A DNA stretch of 64,000 nt from a virus (IMGVR_UViG_3300027971_000031:1-64000); one strand, 5' to 3'; numbered from the stretch's first letter, positions 11,099 to 19,144 are shown. Notes: generated by a model not told the origin, from the letters alone. Numbers and translations are program-made.

Positions 11099-11788
11099 AT
11101 GTTAAAAAACAACATAAGAAAATCTTTACTTGAAACTAAAGAAAGAAAAGAAACACTTTTAATTGAAAGAAAACTTATAGAAAATAGGTTATCTATTATA
11201 GTTGAACGAGTTAAAACTAAAGAAAGTTTTAAGACTCAATCTAAGAAAAATCAATTAAAAATAAGTGCAAAATTTATTCAAGAACTTTCTTATCTAAAAA
11301 ATGTTGGACTTTTGAATGAAGCGAATTTAACAAATTCGTTACAATCAATTTTTGGTAATTCATTTGGTAATATTACCGAAACAATGTTTGAACCAATATT
11401 AAATGTTATTCTAAAAAAATTAGGATTTGGTGATGGTTCATTTAAAAATTTCATAGTATCATCACTAACATCATCACCAATAGATTTAGTCGATGCTTTT
11501 AGTGATTGTAAAGTCATGACAAAATTATTAGTTAAATCAATAATTGAAGCTCAAGTGATGGTACTACAAAACGAATCTGGTCTTTCAGGTGTCGGATTAA
11601 ATTTTATGAGAAATACTTTAGGAAGTCTTGTTAATGACGAAAGAATGGTAAAAGAACTTGAAGATAAATTATCAATGAATGTTTGTGAGTTAATTAATAA
11701 CTTTATTGATAAAGCTGAAAGTATTAAAGATACATTAAAAGGTAATGTACCAAATACAATGGATATTCTCAATAAAGCCATTGCATAG
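11099..11788 (+). CDS. hypothetical protein
   Basis: ORF track, operon position. Confidence 0.6.
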   Translation: MLKNNIRKSLLETKERKETLLIERKLIENRLSIIVERVKTKESFKTQSKKNQLKISAKFIQELSYLKNVGLLNEANLTNSLQSIFGNSFGNITETMFEPILNVILKKLGFGDGSFKNFIVSSLTSSPIDLVDAFSDCKVMTKLLVKSIIEAQVMVLQNESGLSGVGLNFMRNTLGSLVNDERMVKELEDKLSMNVCELINNFIDKAESIKDTLKGNVPNTMDILNKAIA

Positions 11789-11875
11789 TACAAAAGAGAT
11801 TCACAGGGCGAAGGCTCTTGAATATAAATGAGAACTAAAACGAAGGGGGTGTTCCAAATCTCAAAAAAAGAAGGG

Positions 11876-12580
11876 TTAATTACCCTTCTTTTTTGTTTTA
11901 ACAATCTCGTCAATAATTCCGTATTCAAGAGCCTCGTCAGCACTCAACCACAAATCACGAGTAGCATCTAAAGTAACTTGTTCGGTAGTTTTACCACAAT
12001 AAGAACCCAACAAATCAAAAAGAATTTTATTGGTTTTTTCCCATTCAATCATATTGATACGAGCATCTTGGATATTACCGTAAGCTCCACCTGATGATTG
12101 GTGTAACATTGTCTTAGAGAAACGTAATGATGAACGTTTACCCTTCGTTCCAGCTCCTAACAACACTGAACCCATTGATGCTGCCATACCTGTATTTACG
12201 GTACGAATGTCACAGGAAATGTATTCCATAACATCGACCATAGATAGACCTGATTTAACACTTCCTCCTGGTGAGTCAATGTGCATTGTGATGTCTGATT
12301 TATCACTTGAGTCCAAGAACATTAATTGTGCTTGTACGATTGTTGACATGTGGTCATCAACAGGACCTGCAACCCACAACAATCTGTCTCTCATTAATCT
12401 TGAGAAGATATCCATTTGAGTCGCCCTCATCTCCCTTTCCTCCAAAATATATGGAGTCATAGATGATTGGATTTGGTGTGAGAAATAATCCAAATGTGAA
12501 GATGGTTTCCCTAAGTGTTTTGTGTAATAAGCTTGAAATTCTTTTCCGTAGTCCATGTTTAATATTTTAGTGTGGTACAA
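11876..12580 (-). CDS. clpP: ATP-dependent Clp protease proteolytic subunit
   Basis: MDIFSRLMRDR, IDSPGGSV, GMAASMG (catalytic Ser), MLHQ, RDLWLSADEALEYGIID. Confidence 0.97.
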   Translation of the reverse strand: MYHTKILNMDYGKEFQAYYTKHLGKPSSHLDYFSHQIQSSMTPYILEEREMRATQMDIFSRLMRDRLLWVAGPVDDHMSTIVQAQLMFLDSSDKSDITMHIDSPGGSVKSGLSMVDVMEYISCDIRTVNTGMAASMGSVLLGAGTKGKRSSLRFSKTMLHQSSGGAYGNIQDARINMIEWEKTNKILFDLLGSYCGKTTEQVTLDATRDLWLSADEALEYGIIDEIVKTKKKGN

Positions 12581-12619
12581 ATATAGTTAAAATAAAACAA
12601 ACCTCAAAACAGATTTAGA

Positions 12620-12934
12620 TTATTCTTCAGTATTTGGAGTTTCACCTTCGGTAGATGGTTCAGTCATTTCACCTTCAGCTTGACCTAAGTTTACTGCGGT
12701 ACCTTCTTCAACATCTTCATCACATTTGTAAATGTGTACTTGGTTGTTTTGTTTGAATACAATAACTTTAGTAACTCCTTCACCTAATTTAACATCTCCG
12801 TTAATATCGACAACAATACCTTCATCATCTCTGAAGATAAGTCCTAATGCTCTTGCGAAGATTAATGATGCGTTAATTAGGTCTTGAGGATTTTGTTCTT
12901 CACCTGCTTGTTCTGAGTTTGTGTAATTTTCCAT
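12620..12934 (-). CDS. hypothetical protein
   Basis: ORF track. Confidence 0.55.
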   Translation of the reverse strand: MENYTNSEQAGEEQNPQDLINASLIFARALGLIFRDDEGIVVDINGDVKLGEGVTKVIVFKQNNQVHIYKCDEDVEEGTAVNLGQAEGEMTEPSTEGETPNTEE

Positions 12935-12971
12935 TTTATCAATTGTTTTTTATAAGTTTAATAAATTATTT

Positions 12972-13460
12972 TCAATAAACAAAGGATTCTTGATATTCTG
13001 TCCAAGCTTTGTTTAAGGTTGCATTGTCGTTCATGATGGATGGGACATAAGGTTTATGTTTCATAACCATCTTTGCTTCCTCAGGTGTTTTATTACCTTT
13101 TTTCAAGTTACACTTAAAACAACAAGTCACCAAGTTAGTCCATTCATTAAGTCCTCCACGAGATTTAGGAATAACGTGGTCCAAGGTTAATTGTTTGTTT
13201 GAACCGCAATATACACATTCGTAGTTATCTCGTTTATAAATCCTGTTTCGATTAACCTTTGTTGTTTTTCTGTTGAACTTGATATAACTTAATAATCGAA
13301 TGATTAATGGACGCACGTATGTTGTAAATCCAACATTAATTGGATTCTCATCAGATTTTATAATTTCCGCCTTACCCTTATCGACAAGTACGAAACCCCT
13401 CCTTGTTGAAGTTAAGTTCAAAGGAGTGTAGTCATAGTTTAATACTAATACATTACTCAT
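12972..13460 (-). CDS. HNH endonuclease
   Basis: RDNYECVYCG...LTLDHVIPKSRGG...NLVTCCFKCNLKK. Confidence 0.93.
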   Translation of the reverse strand: MSNVLVLNYDYTPLNLTSTRRGFVLVDKGKAEIIKSDENPINVGFTTYVRPLIIRLLSYIKFNRKTTKVNRNRIYKRDNYECVYCGSNKQLTLDHVIPKSRGGLNEWTNLVTCCFKCNLKKGNKTPEEAKMVMKHKPYVPSIMNDNATLNKAWTEYQESFVY

Positions 13461-13649
13461 TTTTCAATTTTTTAAAAGGATAGTTCATTTTCTCCATAAA
13501 ACAAAAAAAGGGTGAAAAATTTTCACCCCTTAATATAAAGTAGATTTGTTCTCATTTTTGGTTTATCCAAAAGACACCTTTATTTTGTCTTACCAATAAA
13601 TATAAACAAAAGTCATTGTAGTATCAACTTTTTACATTATCTTTGTTGT

Positions 13650-14153
13650 ATGAAAAATCAACTCCCCTACTGCAAAACATCTGAAGCGATTAAAGGTTAT
13701 GGTAATTCTGTAATAGCAAAAAGTGAGGACAATGATTGTGTTGTCCGTTCAATTGCATCGGCATTTGATATTGATTATGATAACGCTCACCAATTTGTTG
13801 CTGACACATTTAAAAGAAAACCAAAAAAAGGTACTTTTGGGTTTGTAACTGGAATGAATAAAATTGCCAAAGAACGTACACGTATTGGACGTAAATGTTG
13901 TAATGTGATGGGTAAACCTATGTTTGAGGGTTCTATATTCAATAGTCTTGATTATAATGTTATTGTTAAAGGTAAAACAGTCACTCGTAAAATGACGGTT
14001 GGGACATTTGCTACCAAATATCCAAAAGGTACTTATATCCTTACAGTTAGACGACACGCATTTACAATTAAGGATGGTATTGTGATTGGTAATTTTGAAG
14101 ATTCAACTAAAAAACGTAAAATTGTTGAATGTGCTTGGAAAGTCGGTAGTTAA
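13650..14153 (+). CDS. hypothetical protein (NDCVVR...H, possible papain-like fold)
   Basis: DCVVRSIA and RRHAFTI motifs; TATCTTTG promoter at 13638-13645. Confidence 0.55.
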   Translation: MKNQLPYCKTSEAIKGYGNSVIAKSEDNDCVVRSIASAFDIDYDNAHQFVADTFKRKPKKGTFGFVTGMNKIAKERTRIGRKCCNVMGKPMFEGSIFNSLDYNVIVKGKTVTRKMTVGTFATKYPKGTYILTVRRHAFTIKDGIVIGNFEDSTKKRKIVECAWKVGS

Positions 14154-14169
14154 TTAATATCTTTGTAAT

Positions 14170-14580
14170 ATGAAAAAAAGAATATATTTGGATGACGTAA
14201 GGACTCCTATTGAAAAAGACAATTGGGTTATTGTTCGTTCTTATGACGAATTTGTTGAGAATATAAATGAAATCGGATTGGAAAACATCGATATGATTTC
14301 TTTGGACCATGATTTGGGTGATACTGCAATGGCAGAATGGCACAAAAATGTATATAAAAATTACGAGTTGAACTACGATAACATCACCGAAAAAACTGGT
14401 ATGGATTGTGCGAAATGGTTGGTTGAGCAATGGATGGATGGGAAACCTGTTGTTGATGTGGTTGTTCACTCTGCAAATGCGATTGGTAGTGGAAATATGA
14501 TGGGTTACATCAACAATTACCGTCATATTGCTCGATTACCTCAAAATTGTATCAGAGTCCGAATCGAGCATACCGTGTAA
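14170..14580 (+). CDS. cyclic-phosphate-processing receiver-domain protein
   Basis: IYLDDVRTP, ISLDHDLG, TGMDCAKWL, VHSANAIG motifs. Confidence 0.8.
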   Translation: MKKRIYLDDVRTPIEKDNWVIVRSYDEFVENINEIGLENIDMISLDHDLGDTAMAEWHKNVYKNYELNYDNITEKTGMDCAKWLVEQWMDGKPVVDVVVHSANAIGSGNMMGYINNYRHIARLPQNCIRVRIEHTV

Positions 14581-14620
14581 AAATTAAGTATTAGGTATTT
14601 AAAGTATAATTTACATTATC

Positions 14621-14788
14621 ATGACGGACCCAACAAATAAAACACAAGAAAAATTTACATACACAACTCAAGATTTAGAAGAGATGAAAGAGTGGGATGT
14701 AACTTTAATGGATGGTTTAGAAAATAAACTACCTCATTATGTTGAAGATGAATGGGATAACATTCACGGAGACATATTCCACTTTTAA
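14621..14788 (+). CDS. small hypothetical protein (55 aa)
   Basis: read by hand: MTDPTNKTQEK...EWDVTLMDGLE... Confidence 0.5.
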   Translation: MTDPTNKTQEKFTYTTQDLEEMKEWDVTLMDGLENKLPHYVEDEWDNIHGDIFHF

Positions 14789-14793
14789 CTATT

Positions 14794-14867
14794 GGACCCT
14801 TAGCTCAGCTGGTCAGAGCAGGTCACTCATAATGACAAGGTCACAGGTTCAAACCCTGTAGGGTCCA
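14794..14867 (+). tRNA. tRNA with CAT anticodon, probably Ile2 (lysidine type)
   Basis: GGACCCT/AGGGTCC-A acceptor, loop CTCATAA, resembles ileX-type tRNAs. Confidence 0.85.
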
Positions 14868-14872
14868 CAAAA

Positions 14873-15259
14873 ATGAATAACAAAATGAAAATTGCGGTAA
14901 TAGCCCACGATGGTAAAAAGGCAGATATGGTTGCCTTCATTATGAAAAGATTGGAGTTCTTTAAACAAGTTGATGTTATTGCAACTGGAACCACAGGAAA
15001 ACATATTGAACATGCGGGATTAGATGTCCAATGTATGAAGTCAGGACCACTTGGTGGAGACGCTCAAATTGCATCCATGATTGCTGATGGTGAGATATCG
15101 GGTGTAGTATTCTTTATTGACCCGTTGGAAGTTCATCCCCACCAAGTTGATGTAAATATGTTATTAAGGATTTGTAATGTATATAACACACCTTTAGCAA
15201 CCAACTATATGACCGCATCATATATTATTTCAGGATTGGAAAAAAAATTGATAAACTAA
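14873..15259 (+). CDS. mgsA: methylglyoxal synthase
   Basis: IAHDGKK, ATGTTG, SGPLGGDAQI, DPL..HPHQVDV, PLATN motifs. Confidence 0.95.
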   Translation: MNNKMKIAVIAHDGKKADMVAFIMKRLEFFKQVDVIATGTTGKHIEHAGLDVQCMKSGPLGGDAQIASMIADGEISGVVFFIDPLEVHPHQVDVNMLLRICNVYNTPLATNYMTASYIISGLEKKLIN

Positions 15260-15276
15260 AAAAAAAAATAAATAAT

Positions 15277-15537
15277 ATGCCAGATTTTAGTACATACATC
15301 GACATCGAACCGTCAGAATATGTTGACGAGTGTTCAAAGAGTGACATTAAAGAACTGATTGATGAATTGGTTTTTCACGGTTACATTAACAAAAGTGATA
15401 GTTTAATTGACAAAGAGAAAATTAGTTTAATGGAACAGGAGTTCCATGAAAAACTTGACAAACTCAAATTAAAATACTACAACTTATCACCTGATGATGA
15501 AGAAACTTTAAAAAACTTATTTTTAAAATACGTTTAG
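15277..15537 (+). CDS. hypothetical protein
   Basis: ORF track. Confidence 0.6.
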   Translation: MPDFSTYIDIEPSEYVDECSKSDIKELIDELVFHGYINKSDSLIDKEKISLMEQEFHEKLDKLKLKYYNLSPDDEETLKNLFLKYV

Positions 15538-15583
15538 GATTGATTTTTTGACTTTTAGAACTATTTATACTATAATTACAACA

Positions 15584-15667
15584 ATGAAAAATTTGAATAC
15601 ACTTACAGCAACTTTAGCACCGACGAATGGCGGGGATAGAGATATGTGCTCAAGTGTTCAGATTTAA
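15584..15667 (+). CDS. leader peptide 1, MKNLNTLTATLAPTNGGDRDMCSSVQI (putative attenuator uORF)
   Basis: 27-aa ORF after TATTTATA (15562-15569) and TTGACT-N17-TATAAT (15548-15576); codons 3-20 match the tRNAs of the downstream block. Confidence 0.85.
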   Translation: MKNLNTLTATLAPTNGGDRDMCSSVQI

Positions 15668-15726
15668 TCAAAGGTAATAAAGCCAAAAATGATAAACCCT
15701 GAACACAAAATGTTCAGGGTTTTTTG
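15654..15726 (+). promoter_or_regulatory. attenuator 1: anti-terminator plus intrinsic terminator
   Basis: terminator aaaccctgaaca(15694-705)/tgttcagggttt(15711-722) plus T-run; gtgttcag(15654-661) is complementary to ctgaacac(15699-706). Confidence 0.85.
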
Positions 15727-15745
15727 TTTTATAAGGATTTTTTAT

Positions 15746-15767
15746 TATCTTTGTAGTGTTCTTTGAC
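15746..15767 (+). promoter_or_regulatory. Bacteroidetes-type -7 promoter element followed by boxA-like sequence
   Basis: TATCTTTG 15746-53 with TTTG at 15723-26; TGTTCTTTGAC 15757-67. Confidence 0.65.
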
Positions 15768-15785
15768 TTATGAGAAAAATATAAT

Positions 15786-15862
15786 CGAGATGTTGGGGAG
15801 TCAGGTTACCCCGCCTGCTTTGGGAGCAGGAGAACTCGCAAGTTCGAATCTTGCCATCTCGA
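15786..15862 (+). tRNA. tRNA-Pro(TGG)
   Basis: cloverleaf; stem cctgc/gcagg, loop TTTGGGA. Confidence 0.93.
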
Positions 15863-15869
15863 CGATTAC

Positions 15870-15941
15870 GTCTTCTTAGCTCAGTGGTAGAGCACTTGGC
15901 TGTTAACCAAGTGGTCCATGGTTCGAATCCATGAGGGGACG
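15870..15941 (+). tRNA. tRNA-Asn(GTT)
   Basis: cloverleaf; loop CTGTTAA. Confidence 0.93.
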
Positions 15942-15993
15942 CAAAGGGTCTGAGGGAGTCCCTAAAACGGATAAATAACGTGTCCCTCTCCAT

Positions 15994-16069
15994 GCGAGAG
16001 TAGCTCAGTCGGTAGAGCTTCAGTTTACCAAACTGAAAGTCGCCAGTTCGAATCTGGTCTCTCGCTCCA
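15994..16069 (+). tRNA. tRNA-Gly(ACC), unusual A34 anticodon
   Basis: GCGAGAG/CTCTCGC-T-CCA glycine-type acceptor; stem tcagt/actga, loop TTACCAA. Confidence 0.88.
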
Positions 16070-16071
16070 TT

Positions 16072-16146
16072 GCGGGTATCGCCTAGTTGGTTATGGCATC
16101 ACACTTCCAATGTGAAATAGGGTCGGTTCGAGACCGACTACCCGCT
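16072..16146 (+). tRNA. tRNA-Gly(TCC)
   Basis: cloverleaf; loop CTTCCAA, U73. Confidence 0.93.
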
Positions 16147-16148
16147 CA

Positions 16149-16515
16149 ATGAGTAAGAGATACTCAGTAGTTTTGGTACCGTTACTGATAAATGGTATAG
16201 CTGAGGCCTCTAACAGCTTAATAGATGAGGTCGTCGGAAAAAAGGCAAGAACACCATCTTGACCTCCGAGTATATGGTTGACTTTTAAGCGGTAAGACGC
16301 GATGGGTTTTGAATCAGGAAAACTATGAATATCTACTCATCATAATCTCATGGTGGGAAATGTGAGAGTAATCGGTCGAGCTACATTTAGCCGTTAATCA
16401 CAATATTGGTTTGGAAACAGAGGTAGCCGTGACTTTTCCAACCGAGCCAACCAAGCTTACTATGATACGGGTTAATACCTGTGGATTAGAGGTGACGGTC
16501 AGGAAAGACTGACAA
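16149..16515 (+). ncRNA. unassigned structured RNA region between tRNAs
   Basis: no long ORF, raised GC, several hairpins; atgagta (16149) can pair with tactcat (ending 16340). Confidence 0.45.
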
Positions 16516-16519
16516 TTTC

Positions 16520-16595
16520 GGTCTCATGGTTGAATGGCTACAATTCCACCCTGTCACGGTGCGAGGTACGGGTTCGAATCCCGTTGGGACCGCCA
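16520..16595 (+). tRNA. tRNA-Asp(GTC)
   Basis: loop CTGTCAC, G73, encoded CCA. Confidence 0.9.
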
Positions 16596-16600
16596 AAATT

Positions 16601-16674
16601 GCCTCCTTAGCTCAGCTGGCTAGAGCAGATGATTTGTAATCATCAGGTCGTGGGTTCGAATCCCTCAGGAGGCT
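16601..16674 (+). tRNA. tRNA-Thr(TGT)
   Basis: stem gatga/tcatc, loop TTTGTAA. Confidence 0.93.
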
Positions 16675-16691
16675 CAAAAGTTTTTTAATAA

Positions 16692-16781
16692 TATGAAATA
16701 TAACGATTTTAAATTTGAACGAAAAATATGTATTGGGTTTGTTCTCATAATTTTTGGACTTATTATTTTATTAATAAGTTG
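16692..16781 (+). CDS. 29-aa single-TM microprotein
   Basis: MKYNDFKFERKICIGFVLIIFGLIILLIS read by hand. Confidence 0.4.
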
Positions 16782-16797
16782 ACAATACAATTTAAAA

Positions 16798-16872
16798 GGG
16801 GTTAAATGTACCAAGGCTTGGCGAGAAACACTTGCAATGTTTCTGAGGTGGGTTCGATTCCCACTAGCTCCA
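16798..16872 (+). tRNA. tRNA-Ala(TGC)
   Basis: G3:U70 pair, loop CTTGCAA; atypical D-arm. Confidence 0.85.
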
Positions 16873-16884
16873 CAAAATAAAATT

Positions 16885-17232
16885 ATGGCACATCCAAACT
16901 TACACGCAAAAAGTTCTGCAAAGAAATTCGGTGGAAAACCTGAAGATTATATTCATTTACACGAATGGTTGGATGAAACCAAAGGTTGGATTGGTGATTC
17001 ATTACACAGGATGTTCCGACACCATAGTGAAGGAATCTTTGAAATGGAAAAACGATTTGGTCCTGAATTTAAAAATAGTGATGGAAAAATTGTTTATACT
17101 CGTTATGTTGGAGAACAACATGTAAGGGAAGATTGTAATAATTACCTTCCATCCGCAAAAGAATGGATTACCAATATCTCAGAAAATAAACGACCTCAGT
17201 GGATGTTAAGGACCATGAACATAGAAGACTGA
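16885..17232 (+). CDS. DUF6915-like protein
   Basis: MAHPNLHAKSSAKKFGG...HRMFRHHSEGIF...VGEQHVREDC; ATG at 16885 (ORF-track start lies inside tRNA-Ala). Confidence 0.7.
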   Translation: MAHPNLHAKSSAKKFGGKPEDYIHLHEWLDETKGWIGDSLHRMFRHHSEGIFEMEKRFGPEFKNSDGKIVYTRYVGEQHVREDCNNYLPSAKEWITNISENKRPQWMLRTMNIED

Positions 17233-17243
17233 TATTTATTAAC

Positions 17244-17960
17244 ATGAAACAAATTTTAACACCAGAAGAGAAACAATACCTTAGAAGAACATCAAATTAT
17301 CTTCAATCTATGGGTATGAGACAAGGATATATAGAAATAGAGCTTGAACAAGAAGCTGGCTCAATTGATTACGATAATATTGACTGGAAGTATGTAAGTC
17401 ATTTTTCAAATAACTATAGTGCCGATATTCCTGAAGGATTATTACCAATATTAAAAAAAGTTGTTAAGTATGCAGATTCTTTAGACAATTTAAATAATGA
17501 TATTGATAATTTAAGTTATCAAAGAATTGAAATTAGAATCGATTCTTTTCAAAAAGAAATCTCCGTAAACCATGAATTTTTTTATTATGGACGAGGTGAA
17601 GAAAATTCAATTGATTATGACTCTAAAGAAGATATGGAACAATTTGACCGATGGATGGATAATGATTTAAAAGAAGTTGAAGTTCCATCTGACGGTAAAT
17701 TAAGATTAGATTATGATGGTGGTGGTGATTCAGGATATATTCATAACGAATTTCAACCAACGGGAGATGCGGTACCAGCGGGAATTGAAGATTGGTGTTA
17801 CCAACAACTTGAACGTCATTTTGGTGGTTGGGAAATCAATGAAGGTTCTGATGGGTCATTCATATTTGATTTCAAAAATTCAGTCGTTACTTTGAGTCAT
17901 ACATACAACACCGAAGAACATGAAAGTGATACTTTATATGAAGAAAGTTTTGACAAGTAA
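17244..17960 (+). CDS. DUF6878-like protein
   Basis: YDGGGDSG...GGWEINEGSDG motif; ATG 17244 after TATTTATT. Confidence 0.65.
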   Translation: MKQILTPEEKQYLRRTSNYLQSMGMRQGYIEIELEQEAGSIDYDNIDWKYVSHFSNNYSADIPEGLLPILKKVVKYADSLDNLNNDIDNLSYQRIEIRIDSFQKEISVNHEFFYYGRGEENSIDYDSKEDMEQFDRWMDNDLKEVEVPSDGKLRLDYDGGGDSGYIHNEFQPTGDAVPAGIEDWCYQQLERHFGGWEINEGSDGSFIFDFKNSVVTLSHTYNTEEHESDTLYEESFDK

Positions 17961-18010
17961 GTTGTATCTTTAAAAAAAATCAATTATATTTGTACCATAG
18001 TAAAATAAAT

Positions 18011-18098
18011 GCTCGGGTGGTGGAATAGGTAGACACGCCAGACTTAAAATCTTGTGGGCCTTGCGCCCGTGCGGGTTCGATTCCCGCTCCGAGTACCA
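18011..18098 (+). tRNA. tRNA-Leu(TAA)
   Basis: long variable arm, loop CTTAAAA, encoded CCA. Confidence 0.93.
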
Positions 18099-18103
18099 AA
18101 TTT

Positions 18104-18177
18104 GCCCTTGTAGCTCAGCAGGATAGAGCAACGGTTTTCTAAACCGTAGGTCACAGGTTCGAATCCTGTCGGGGGTA
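18104..18177 (+). tRNA. tRNA-Arg(TCT)
   Basis: stem acggt/accgt, loop TTTCTAA. Confidence 0.93.
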
Positions 18178-18180
18178 CAA

Positions 18181-18277
18181 TATATCATATCCTCAGGTAC
18201 CCGTACAGCAGTGAGACGGGCTAAGTTAGATACAATTCCTCGGAGCTGGGAGTAGAATGCCTGTACGATGTGATATA
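18181..18277 (+). ncRNA. unassigned structured RNA (~97 nt)
   Basis: tatatcatatc/gatgtgatata closing stem; caggta/tgcctg and cccgt/acggg inner helices. Confidence 0.6.
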
Positions 18278-18280
18278 AAT

Positions 18281-18361
18281 GCCTTGGTGGTGGAATGGTA
18301 GACACGTATGTCTTAGAAACATATGTCTTATGACGTGAGGGTTCGAGTCCCTCCTAGGGTA
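18281..18361 (+). tRNA. tRNA-Leu(TAG)
   Basis: stem tatgt/acata, loop CTTAGAA, variable arm. Confidence 0.92.
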
Positions 18362-18363
18362 CT

Positions 18364-18519
18364 ATGAAATTGAATATATATGCGGTTATTATTGTCGTGG
18401 TAAATGTTGCGTTTTCTATGTTTATGATGAACAAGTCAAAAACCTATCAAACACGTTTAAACGATACAACAATTCAAAAAGATTCAACATTTGCAACAAA
18501 TTTATTTGACAAAAAGTAA
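18364..18519 (+). CDS. small membrane protein (51 aa)
   Basis: MKLNIYAVIIVVVNVAFSMFMMNK... read by hand. Confidence 0.5.
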   Translation: MKLNIYAVIIVVVNVAFSMFMMNKSKTYQTRLNDTTIQKDSTFATNLFDKK

Positions 18520-18551
18520 ACTTTTCCTATATTAGATATAATTATATAACA

Positions 18552-18653
18552 ATGAGAACAACAATGGTCCATATTTCGTCGTTTAAGCAACAAGAGATTT
18601 GTAGCTGGTATCGCTATGTGGAAAATTGTAGTTCGGAAAATATGGTAAAATAA
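18552..18653 (+). CDS. leader peptide 2, MRTTMVHISSFKQQEICSWYRYVENCSSENMVK (putative attenuator uORF)
   Basis: 33-aa ORF; codons 5-24 match the tRNAs of the downstream block. Confidence 0.85.
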   Translation: MRTTMVHISSFKQQEICSWYRYVENCSSENMVK

Positions 18654-18715
18654 CAAGTTAGAAATAACAATAGGTTAAACCCCGAACTTCTAAAAAAAGT
18701 TTGGGGTTTTTTTTT
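18630..18715 (+). promoter_or_regulatory. attenuator 2: anti-terminator plus intrinsic terminator
   Basis: terminator aaaccccgaactt(18677-689)/aagtttggggttt(18697-709) plus T-run; agttcgg(18630-636) is complementary to ccgaact(18682-688). Confidence 0.85.
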
Positions 18716-18746
18716 ACCCGATGGTGCAGGAATAGAAAAAAGTTTT

Positions 18747-18787
18747 TATCTTTGTACCATCAAACAGAATGAAAGAGTTCTTTGACA
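18747..18787 (+). promoter_or_regulatory. Bacteroidetes-type -7 element and boxA-like sequence
   Basis: TATCTTTG 18747-54; GTTCTTTGACA 18777-87. Confidence 0.65.
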
Positions 18788-18803
18788 TGTTGGAAACCAA
18801 AAT

Positions 18804-18875
18804 AGTCCCTTAGCTCAGTGGTAGAGCCCTTGCCTTACATGCAAGTTGTCGTAGGTTCGAATCCTACAGGGACTA
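18804..18875 (+). tRNA. tRNA-Val(TAC)
   Basis: stem cttgc/gcaag, loop CTTACAT. Confidence 0.93.
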
Positions 18876-18881
18876 CAATTT

Positions 18882-18953
18882 GGCCCGTTCGACTATCGGT
18901 TAGGTCGTCAGGTTTTCATCCTGAAAAGAGGGGTTCGACTCCCCTACGGGCTA
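18882..18953 (+). tRNA. tRNA-Glu(TTC)
   Basis: stem tcagg/cctga, loop TTTTCAT. Confidence 0.93.
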
Positions 18954-19003
18954 CGAAAAAAAGATTTGGTAGATTAAAATATTCTACTTATCTTTGTAAG
19001 ATA

Positions 19004-19138
19004 TTGATAGTGGTTTTTCCCACCCAACGGATGTCGACAATCCAGGGTGGAATTAGAATTCATCACCCTCTGCCGAGGCCTTGTAAAACTCAGGAAGCAG
19101 TTAAGATTGGAGCGAGACGGGTACTCCATCACTATCAA
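19004..19138 (+). ncRNA. unassigned structured RNA (~135 nt)
   Basis: ttgatagtg/cactatcaa closing stem, internal hairpins, own promoter at 18965-18996. Confidence 0.6.
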
Positions 19139-19144
19139 CCACAT

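Noticed and set aside
18474-18656. 60-aa minus-strand ORF
   Set aside because: It is the antisense shadow of leader 2; the plus-strand uORF has the terminator context and the codon match.
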